A DNA stretch of 64,000 nt from Centroscyllium fabricii (lineage: Eukaryota): the NCBI GenBank assembly GCA_051313645.2, contig JBNRSN020000014.1, positions 142,600,001-142,664,000 on the forward strand. Reading direction: 5' to 3'. A program made the translations under genes and the position numbers. Below, piece after piece: positions 36,301 through 47,400 of the stretch. The notes beneath the pieces are model-generated. The model was given only the letters and a program-made list of their open reading frames with translations. It did not search any database and was not told where the DNA came from. The first letter of the stretch is position 1; every line of letters starts with the position of its first letter.

Positions 36301-39300
36301 GGCTGGACTTGAACCCGGGTCTCCAGTGCTGTGAGGTAACAGTGCTGACCACTATGCCACCGTGCCGCCCAAGTTTGGGCTGGATAGCTAGCCCGCGTCC
36401 AGATGTGCTGCACGGTGTGCACAGCTGGTGAGAAGCTGCCTGGAAGAGCTTTGCAGTTTAGCTTGTGGTTTCCCGCCCATTAATCTGTGATCAGTGCCAT
36501 CCATCCTTCCTGCGGACCTGCCTTACAGAGCACCGTTCGATCAATTATAAAATCTTTATAACTACTCCTCAGAGGGGGGAAATATATATATAAAAGAATG
36601 GTGGGGGAAATGGAAGTGAAGGAGAAGCCGAGACCCAGTCCCGACTATTTAATGCAGCTGTTGAACGACAAGAAGCTGACGTCGAGCCTGCCCAACTTTT
36701 GCGGCATCTTCATGCACCTGGAGCGGCTGCTGGATGAAGGTAGGCGGGGAGAGAGTGAGGGAGCCCGCGGCATGCAGAGGCTTCACAAAGTTTGGTAAAT
36801 GAGGGAAGAATGTTCAGAGCAGAGAGAGAGACCCTGGCAGAGAGGGGAAGAAACCGGGCCAATGCAACTAAAGGCACAATCACAATCTATAGCTTTACAC
36901 TGAAGCATTTTAATAAAAATGTAAAATCTTTATTTATTTCTTTAAACATTTTGGGCAAGTGAAATTTGTGTTCGGGCAAGTGTTTTAGAAATCCAAAGTG
37001 ATTTTTTTTTTTTTGTAGCACCCTGTAACAGCACAGCGCTACATTGCGAGAGAAAAATGGAAGTAAGTTAGCAAACGCGTGTCGAATGTCTTGTGAACGT
37101 GACATTTAAGTTGCTTTTATATTGTGCAAGATCCGTGCTAGCACCGATGTCTCCTGATGCTGGGTCTCGAGCAGCCATCTGCAACCCAGTAGGTAAACCT
37201 GGTCGAGATTTCCAAAGGCTGGCAGCCAGGAAGACCCTGGCCTTAGCAAATCCAGCAAGATTACCTGTGGGCTGCAGCCAGCGACCTACACCCAGCGTCG
37301 GGAACTGGTGCTGATAGCATGGGATTCACAAACCATAAATGCAGCTGTTAGTAACCAGGTTTAACTAGTGGAAGGATATTAAGTTCAGAAAGTATATTTA
37401 TCGAACAGTTTTGAAACATCAGAGACAGAATAGAACACACCAAGGACTTGTAAATCTCCACATCACTTCCGTTCCCTTTTCAATTTGCTTCCCTTCTCTT
37501 CCAGTTGGGGAGTGCACTATTCACCACCCCAGCAATGGTCCTAAAGCACCCCTAAGGGCATTAGACCACCCCTCAACAACCTGTATATATCACCTTTAAC
37601 GCAGAAAAATATCCCAAGGTGCTTCATAGTTGAGGATCAAACCAGAGCAAGAGGGAAACCAAAGACATGATCAAAGAGGTAGGTTTTAAACAGGCTTTTA
37701 AAAGTGGGGTGAGCAAGGTGAAAGGGTTTAAAAGGAGAGTTTTGGAGTGTAGGGGCAAGATGGCCGACAGTGTGACCACTGGGGGCAGTGGTAAGGACGC
37801 ACAGTAGACCAGAGTTAGAAGAGTAGAGGGTGCCATCAGGGACTTGAGGCTGGAGGAGCTTGTAGAGGTTGGGAGTGACTTGTAGATGAGGATGAGAATT
37901 TTGAAGTTGTGCTGAGAGATGGGCAACCAATGAAGCTTGACAAGAACAGAGAACATAAGTGACAGGTCTTGTGCGATAGGATGCAGGTAGACGAGTTCTG
38001 GATCGCTTGGAGTTTGTGTCGGCTGGATCTTGGGAGGCTGGCGGACGGTCCTGAATGTGACAAAAAGCATTGAGGAGGGTTTGAGTAGTAGTGGGGCGAG
38101 GTAGGAATGGAGACAGAAGGCAGAAGTTACTGGTCTTGGTGACAACTTAGATTTGGGTTTCGGGACTTTTTCTATGTTAACGACGGCATATAAATGCAAG
38201 TTGTCATTGGGTTTGAAGCTCAGCCCAGAGTCAAGCATAATGTGTATCGCTGGATTGCCTCGAGTGGGCATCCACTGGTAGACGATGGAATCAGATGAAG
38301 GGCTTCTGGCCGAGGTGAAAAAGGGTCACATCAGTATTGTCAATGTTGACACACAAGAAATTCTGGCTTATCCAGGACACCTCTACCCCACACATCTTCC
38401 GCATGCCTAGCCTTAATTCCCACGCCCCCGCCTCTGCTTCAGGTCACAAACCCCTGCTCAACTGCTTATTGTGATGTCGGAGCCTATTTCTATTCATGAC
38501 CCCCCCAAAAGCAGAATTTCAGAAAAGATGATTTACCTCACATTGTTTTCTAGGTCGATATTTTTAAATCCCAAAATCTGCTGTGAATTGGTTTTTGCCT
38601 GATGTGTAAAAGAACCTGTGGAAGCAAATGGAAAAAATGTCGGAGAAAGATAGTCACACTGCAGGGGCTCCATTTCTCACCAATAAAAACTCATTCAGGT
38701 GTAAAGGGAGCTTTACTCTGCATCTAACGTGTGCTGTACCTGTCCTAGGAGTGTTTGACAATGTAGAGGGAGCTGTTCTCCAGCACCAACATAAAATGTG
38801 TCAAAAAAAAGTGATCTTTTGCTCAGTGTGACTGGTATTAAATAAATTGTAGGGTTCTTGCTTTAACAAGGGTCTCAGTTTTCGGTGACATCTCAGGGGT
38901 CAGGTACTGCATCAGCATGATACGCAATGTACAGATGTGTTTGACAAGGGTTCTCTGTAGCAGAACATAAAGACAAGTTGCACCAATGAATATTACGCTG
39001 CAGGTATGTGGGAAGACAATCTATATTAAATGGAGAAAGGGAGGGAGTACTGTATGAAATATATACAGTATAGTGAGCAGGAGCAGTGTACAAGATGTAC
39101 ACGGTCAACTGTAGCTCAGTGGGTAGCACCCTCGCCTCAGTCAGAAGAACATAACATAACATAAGAAATAGGAGCAGGAGTCAGCCAATCGGCCCCTCGA
39201 GCCTGCTCCGCCATTCAACAAGGTCATGGCTGATCTGATCCGAACCTCAATTTTACTTTTACTCTCCATCCCGCCCAAACCCATGTGATCACCCGGGAGA

Positions 39301-42300
39301 GGCGAAAAACCAGATTAAAAAACCCAGTGTCCAATTTGGGAGAAAAAATCTGGGAAATTCCTCTCTGACCCATCTACACGATCGAAAACTGGTCCAGGAG
39401 ATCACATGGCCGATCTGAACCTAGCCTCACGTCCACTTACCTGCCCGCTCACCATAACCCCTAATTCCCTTTACTTCCAGGAAACTGTCTATCTCTGTTT
39501 TAAATTTATTCAATGTAGCAGCTTCCACAGCTCTCTGGGGCAGCAAATTCCACAGCCCCACCACCCTCTGAGTGAAGAAGTTTCTCTTTATCTCAGTTTT
39601 GAAATGGCAGCCCCTTATTTTAAGATTATGCCCTCTAGTCCTAGTTTCATCCACCATTGGGAACATCCTCACCGCATCCACCTGATCAAGCCCTCTCACA
39701 ATCTTATATGTTTCAATAAGATCGCCTCTCATTCTTCTGAACTCCCATGAGTAGAGGGCCAATCTACTCAACCTCTCGTCATATGTCAGCCCCCTCATCC
39801 CCGGACTTCAGCACATAAATCTAGGCTGACTCTCCAGTGCAGTACTGAGGGAGCGCCGCACTGTTGGAGGTGCTGTCTTTCGGGTGAGACGTTAAACCGA
39901 GGCCCCGTCTGCTCTCTCAGGTGGACGTAAAAGATCCCATGGCACTATTTCGCAGAAGAGATGGGGAGTTATCCCCAGTGTCCTGGCCAATATTTATCCC
40001 TCAACCAACATAACCAAAAAAATTATCTGCTTTCATCACATTGCTGTTTGTGGGACCTTGCTGTGCACAAATTGGCTGCCGCGTTTCCCACATTTCAACA
40101 GTGACTCCACTTCAAAAGTACTTCATTGGCTGTAAAGCACTTTGAGAAGTCCGGTGGTCATGAAAGGCGCTGTAGAAATGTAAGTCTTTTTCTTTCTATA
40201 TTGTCACGGTATAGTGGGCAGGAACAGTGTACAAGATTTACACTATATTGTCACGGTATAGTGGGCAGGAGCAGTGTACAAGATGTACGACAAATCAGCA
40301 TGGTACGTCAAGTGACACAGGATACGAGAGTCTGTTTCTCGAAGGGAACTCACCATGAGTTATAGTTTGCATGCAGACCACCAGGGATGGGATTGCAACT
40401 GGCAGCAGTTCACATAGAGTCGAGAAATGATCGTACCTGAGGAAGAGATGTAGAAGCAGCATAACATTTTCTGGAATGTCTTTCCAATTGACAACATTTT
40501 AGCAGCATTGAAGGCCACAGCCTTCCTGGTCCCATTCTCACAGAAGTCACTCAGTTGCACACCGATGGCTCTAAGGTTGCCTATCCTAGCAAGAAATGCT
40601 GTCCTACAGGTGTCATCTGAATACCTTGCCACTGTGCTGGTCAATCTACAAGTCCTTAAAGGGACACTGAAGAACACAAGTAGATCTGGTTTCACTATTC
40701 TGACATTAGAACTTCTAATCCAATTTCAATAATGTTGAGAATCAGTAAATTGCAGAAAATATCTCACCTTTGCCAGCCCGTTAATGCCAACCCTTGGAAG
40801 TGAAGGGATGGGAACTTTGAGATGGATTTAATAACCTGTAGCCACCGCAGGTGATTCTCCAGGTGGAACTTGATCGGGGTCCAACCCTGGCTAACACCTG
40901 TCGCCCCTTTGAAGGCACTTGCAAACCAGACGCTCCTGAATCCACTGTCCATGTACTTGGCAAGGAATGACTCTAAAAACCAAAAGGTTCTTATTTAAAA
41001 ATAAAGGGTCTGATTAAAGTCATCATAATTATCTTAAATGATCCTCAGCCGCAAGACAGTCAAAAGGAAAAGGAAGATTCAACTGAGCACGGCTTCTTCT
41101 TACCTACTTGGTCAGTGTTAAATTCTGGATGATAGAACCACACCATTGGGGCAATGTATTCCGTTATACCGGATTCTGAGGAGAGAACAGTCCAGAAGAT
41201 CAATCAAGCTGCCAAATACAGTGTGTTCCAGGTCTCAGCAGATTGGAAAGGTATCTAGAACATTAACTATCGCTGCAGCAACTGCAGAAAAAGAATGTGC
41301 ATTTCTATAGCATCTTTCATGGCCTCAGGACATCCCAAAGTGTTTTACAGCCAATTAAGTACTTTTTGAAGTGTAGTCGCTGTTGCAGGAAATGTGGCAG
41401 CAAAATTGCACACAAGGTCCCACAAACAACAATGAGATAATGACCAGATAATCTGTTTTTAGTCATGTTGGTTTAGGGATAGATATGGGCCAGGACACGA
41501 GGGATAACTTCTCTGCTCTTCTTCAAATAGTGCCATGGGATCTTTATGCCCACACGAGAGGGCAGAATTGGTTTTAAGTCTCATCCGAAAGACAGCACCT
41601 CCGACAGTGCAGCACTCCCTCAGTACTGCACTGGCATGTCAGCCTAGACTTTGTGCTCAAGTCTCTGGAGTGGAAACTGAACCCATGAACTTCTGACTTA
41701 GGCAAGAGTGCTCCTACTGAGCCGTGGCTGATATGGCACAAGGACAGATAAGTGCACGAGAAAGCCACAGTGCCGTCAGGGAACACAGGACTGTGTGAAA
41801 GCAGCTACATAGATTGGTTACATACCAAATCATTATTGGAGTCTCAGTTTCTTCATAGACTGGGACACTGACAAACACAAAGTATTCGCTTAATTCACAG
41901 CAGCGGAAGAGGGAATTAAGAGACAACACACAAACCCAAATGCAAATAATCTGTTCTGCTCTGCATTGTACTGTGCAGTGACCGATGATTGCCACCTCCT
42001 CCACATCCCCCCTCCTCCTCCACCCCCCCCCCCTCAAAAAGAAATGGCTAGGATCAAACAGACCATATGCAGATTTACTGAAGGGAGCTCTGGCTACCAA
42101 GATGGGCTCCAGCTACACACCCAATACTCTGATGAAAGTTCATTGACCTGAAACGATTACTCTCTTTCTCTCTCTACAGATGCTGCCCGAGTATTACCAG
42201 CATTTTCTGTTTCTATTTCACCCAATACACTGGCTGTGAAGGCGATCCATTCTTATCAGAAATATTACTGCGCCCCAAACAACCCTTCCAGTCTCTGGTC

Positions 42301-44427
42301 ACAGAGATCACTCAGGACTTCAGGACGGGCCTGTACTTCCAGAGCATCTCCATCACGGCCCCTGCGGGAGGCTAGCAAGCTTAATCTTGGGATTTTCCAC
42401 TCTCTGTCCTGTGACTGTTTGAACGAATTCTTTCCACTCTCTGTCCTGTGACTGCTTGAACCGACTCTCTCCACTCTCTGTCCTGTGTCTGTTTGAACCG
42501 ACTCTCTCCCCTCTCTGTCCTGTGACTGTTTGAACGAATTCTCTCCACTCTACTGTCGTGTGTCTGTTTGAACGAACTCTCTCCACTCTCTGCCCTGTGT
42601 CTGTTTGAACAGACTCTCTCCGCTCGCTGTCCTGTGACTGCTTGAACCGACTCTCTCCACTCTCTGTCCTGTGTCTGTTTGAACGAATTCTCTCCACTCT
42701 CTGCCCTGTGTCTGTTTGAACGGACTCTCTCCAATTCAATTCAATTCAATTCAAGTTTTATTGTCATTGCAGAGTACTAGTACAATACAACGAGACGAAG
42801 ACTCGACTCTCCCGAGAGTAGTGTAGACAAAAGAAATAAATTACATAAATAAATTGCATACAGTAAAGTTCATTATCAGGCGTGCAGGTACCGGAGTTTC
42901 TTTTTAGAGTTCAGGAGGCGGACAGCCCTGGGGAAGAAGCTGTTCTGAAATCTAGTCGTGCGGGTGCAAATTGCTCTGTAGCGTCTCCCGGAGGGCAGAG
43001 GGGCGAACAGACTGTGGCTGGGGTGTGTGGGGTCTTTTATAATGTTCATAGACCTCCGTAAGCAGCGTTTGAGGTAGATGCTTTCCACTGACGGTAGCTG
43101 TTCTGTTCTGTGTCTCCACTCTCTGTTCTGTGTCTGTTTGAACCGACTCTCCACTCTCTGCCCTGTGTCTGTTTGAACCGATTCTCTCCACTCTCTGCCC
43201 TGTGTCTGTTTGAACCGATTCTCTGCACTCTCTGTTCTGTGACTGTTTGAACTGACTCTCCACTCTGTCCTGTGTCTGTTTGAACTGACTCTGTGGTTTA
43301 TAGTTTTTAAGGTCTCTGTGGTAAACCAGGGCCCTTAAATATAACATTTAATTATAATGTAATTGGTGCGATTGATTTGATTTAATTTAATTTGAATTAA
43401 TTAAAGGGTACGTCATGGCAGGAGAGTCTGGCCCCGTAGTGTGCTCCTCCTGCGCTATGTGGGAAATCAGGAATACTTCTTGTGTCCCTGACAACCATGT
43501 GTGCAGGAAGTGTGTCCAGCTGCAGCTACTGGCAGACTGCATTGTGGCGCTGGAGCTACGATTGGATAGATACTGGAGCATTCACGATGCTGAGGACGTC
43601 GTGGATATCACGTTTAAGCAGTTGGTCACACCGCAGGCAAAGGTTGGACAGGCAGAAAGGGAAGGGGTGACTAACAGACAGAGTAGTAGGCACAGACAGG
43701 TAGTGCAGGGGACCCCTGTGGATGGCTTATCAGAGGAAGGCAGCAGCAGCCAACTTCCTGGCACCAGGGGTGGCTCTGCTGCACAGGACGGGAGGAAAAA
43801 GAGGGGTAGAGCTATAGTGATAGGAGATTCTATTGTAAGGGGAATAGACAGGCGTTTCTGCAGCCGCAAACGAGACTCCAGGATGGTATGATGCCTTCCT
43901 GGTACAAGGGTCAAGGATGTCTCAGAGCGGCTGCAGAACATTTTGGAAGGGGAGAGTGAACAGCCAGTTGTCATCGTGCATATAGGTACCAACGATATAG
44001 GTAAAAACTGGGATGAGGACCTAAAAGCTGAATACAGGGACTTACGAGGTAAATTAAAAAAATAGGACCTCAAAAGGTAGTAATCTCAAGATTGCTACCA
44101 GCAGTGTTGGCCGTGAGCGCGCTAAATGAGCGCGCGTTCACGAGCGCGTTCACATTTTCGTGAACGCTGAACGAGCGCGCTCTTTCCCAGCAGCCTGAGC
44201 GAAAACGTGAGCGTCGCTCGTTTTGGAGGGAGTGAGCGGCGCTCTTCACGAGTCTGAATCGCTGCTGCTTGGGTCGGCGTCTCCAAGCCATCGGGACGGT
44301 AAGTGTCTCTGTCTGCACTGAATGCTCTGCGGGGCAAAATCTCTCTCTCTCTCTCTCTCTGTCTGCACAGTGCTCTGCGGGGCAAAATCTCTCTCTCTCT
44401 CTCTGTCTGCACAGTGCTCTGCGGGGC

Positions 44428-44466
<39 letters not shown>

Positions 44467-47400
44467 GCACAGTGCTCTGCGGGGCAAAATCTCTCTCTCT
44501 CTCTCTGTCTGCACAGTGCTCTGCGGGGCAAAATCTCTCTCTCTCTCTCTCTGTCTGCACAGTGCTCTGCGGGGCAAAATCTCTCTCTCTCTCTCTGTCT
44601 GCACAGTGCTCTGCGGGGCAAAATCTCTCTCTCTCTCTCTGTCTGCACAGTGCTCTGCGGGGCAAAATCTCTCTCTCTGTCTGCACAGTGCTCTGCGGGG
44701 CAAAATCTCTCTCTCTCTCTCTCTGTCTGTACAGTGCTCTGCGGGGCAAAATCTCTCTCTCTCTCTCTGTCTGCACAGTGCTCTGCGGGGCAAAATCTCT
44801 CTCTCTCTCTGTCTGCACAGTGCTCTGCGGGGCAAAATCTCTCTCTCTCTGTCTGCACAGTGCTCTGCGGGGCAAAATCTCTCTCTCTCTCCTTTTTAGA
44901 AAGATAGGAGCAGGAGTAGGCCATTCAGCCCTTCAAGCCTGCTCCACCATTCAATGAGATCATGGCTGATCATCCAAACCCTGTAACCCGCCCCTGCCCT
45001 CTCCCCATATCCCTCGATCCCGCACCGACACATATCCCACCCTATTCCCATATATTCAATCTCCCTAACACTAAGGGTAAATTTATCCTGGCCAATCAAC
45101 CTAACCCTGCACATCTTTGGACTGTGGGAGGAAACCGGAGCACCCGGAGGAAACCCACGCAGACACGGGGAGAATGTGCAAACTCCACACAGATAGTACC
45201 CAAGGCTGGATTTGAACCCGGGTCTCCAGTGCTGTGAGACAGCAGTGCTAAGCACTGTGCCACCGTGCCGCCCTATATACTCAGCCTGTGTATATGCATA
45301 CAGACAGTTCTCTATATCGGATATTTGTTCCTCCTGCTTCATAATTTGCATTGAGGATGTTCTATTGAAAAATAATAGCTCGGGGCAGCGCATTAGAAGA
45401 AAAGAAAAAAAAAACGAACTTTGAACTAGTTCATTTTTGAGCTGCGAACTTAAGTTCAAAATTCAAAATTATGAACTATGAACGTGAACTAGTTCATTTT
45501 AAAATGATTGAACTGAACTTTGAGCTAGCTCTTGTTAAGTGTGAACTTTCCCAACACTGGCTACCAGTGCCACGTGCTAGTCAGAGTAGAAATAGAAGCT
45601 TTTAAATGTCAGCAAAAAATAACAAAAAGATTGATTAGGAAAGGGTAGATAGATTATGAAAGTAAATTAGCAAAAAATATAAAAACAGATAGCAAGAGTT
45701 TCTATAGTTACATAAAAAGAAAAAGGATGGCTAAAGTAAATGTTGGTCCTTTCGAGGATGAGACCGGGAAATTAATGGTAGGTGACATGGAGATGGCAAA
45801 AGCGCTGAACAAATATTTTGTATCAGTCTTTACAGTAGAGGACACTCAAAATATCCCAACATTGGATAAACAGGTGGCTCTAGGGGGGGGAGGAGCTAAT
45901 TACGATTAAAGTCACTAAGGAGGTGGTACTCGGGAAAATTATGGGACTTAAGGAGGATAAATCCCCTGGACCTGATGGCTTACATCCTAGGGTCTTGAAG
46001 GAAGTGGCGGTAGGGATTGTGGATGCGTTAATAATTTTTCAAAACTCTCTGGACTCGGCAAAGGTTCCGGCAGATTGGAAAACTGCTAACGTAACGCCTT
46101 TATTTTAAAAGGGTAATAGACAGAAGGCTGGAAATTATAGACCAGTTAGCCTAACATCTGTGGTTGGCAAAATGTTAGAATCTATTATTAAGGAAACAGT
46201 AACAGGGCATTTGGATAAACACCATTTAATAGGACAAAGTCAGCATGGTTTTACAAAGGGGAAGTCATGTTTGACAAATTTGCTAGAGTTCTTTGAGGAC
46301 ATAACATATAGGGTGGATAAAGGGGAACCAGTGGAGGTGGTGTATTTGGACTTCCAAAAGGCATTTGCCAAGGTGCCCCACAGAAGATTATTACTCAAGA
46401 TAAAAAATCACGGGGTTGGGGGTAATATTCTGGCATGGGTGGAGGATTGGCTTTCTAACAGAAAACAGAGAGTTGGGATCAATGGTTCGTTCTCAGACTG
46501 GCAATCAGTCACTAGTGGTGTTCCGCAAGGGTCGGTGCTGGGACCCCCAACTCTTTACAATCTATATTAACGATTTGGAAGAAGGGACCAAGTGCAACAT
46601 ATCAAAGTTTGCAGATGACACAAAGATGGGAGGGAGGGTGATGAATGAGGAGGACATTAAAAACCTGCAAAAGGACATAGATAGGCTAAGTGAGTGGGCA
46701 GAGATTTGGCAGATGGAGTATAATACTGGAAAATGTGAAGTTATGCACTTTGGCAGGAAAAATAATAGAGCGAGTTATTATCTAAATGGAAAGAAACTGG
46801 AAAGTACTTCAGTGCAAAGGGATCTGGGGGTCCTGGTGCAGGAAACACAAAAAGTTAATATGCAGGTGCAGCAGGTGGTAAGGAAGGCCAACGGAATGTT
46901 GGCTTTTATTGCTAAGGGGATTGAGTATAAAAGCAGGGAGGTCTTGCTGCAGTTGTACAGGGTATTGGTGAGACCACACCTGGAATACTGCGTGCAGTTC
47001 TGGTGTCCATATTTAAGAAAGGACATACTTGCTCTCGAGGCAGTGCAGAGAAGGTTCACTAGGTTAATTCCGGGGATGAGGGGGCTAACATATGACGGGA
47101 GGCTGAGTAGATTGGGCCTCGACTCATTGGAGTTCAGAAGAATGAGAGGCGATCTTATTGAAACATATAAGATTGTGAGAGGGCTTGATCGGGTGGATGC
47201 GGTGAGGATGTTCCCAATGGTGGGTGAAACTAGGACTAGGGGGCAAATCTTAAAATAAGGGGCTGCCATTTCAAAACTGAGATGAGGAGAAACCGCTTCA
47301 CTCAGAGGGTGGTGGGGCTGTGAAATTTGCTGCCCCAGAGAGCTGTGGAAGCTACTACGTTGAATAAATTTAAAACAGAGATAGACAGTTTCCTGGAATT

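Larger units (their letters stand above)
33495..37025 (+). mobile_element. Non-autonomous hAT5-like DNA transposon (outer copy) carrying the QKI 5' region
   Basis: TIRs CAGGGCGCAACAAAA ... TTTTGTAGCACCCTG; 5-bp TSD TAACA (33490-33494 and 37026-37030); subterminal GGGCAAG/CTTGCCC repeats. Confidence 0.85.
44102..45559. mobile_element. Non-autonomous hAT element inserted in CR1 ORF1
   Basis: TIR CAGTGTTGG ... CCAACACTG; 8-bp TSD GCTACCAG (44094-44101 and 45560-45567); contains a minisatellite and a V-SINE. Confidence 0.88.

Noticed and set aside
36598-36798. The functional QKI gene, or a processed QKI pseudogene
   Set aside because: No downstream KH-domain exons were seen and the exon lies within TIRs and a TSD inside a HEXD intron. 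Homology stops at the exon-1 donor, which argues against an mRNA-derived copy.
44303-44891. CRISPR-like array of constant 28-bp repeats with variable spacers
   Set aside because: The spacers are only (CT)n of differing length, the context is vertebrate and there are no cas genes. It is a compound minisatellite.
44070-44957. Six overlapping 198-284-aa ORFs
   Set aside because: They arise from a stop-free tandem repeat and give low-complexity translations in all frames.
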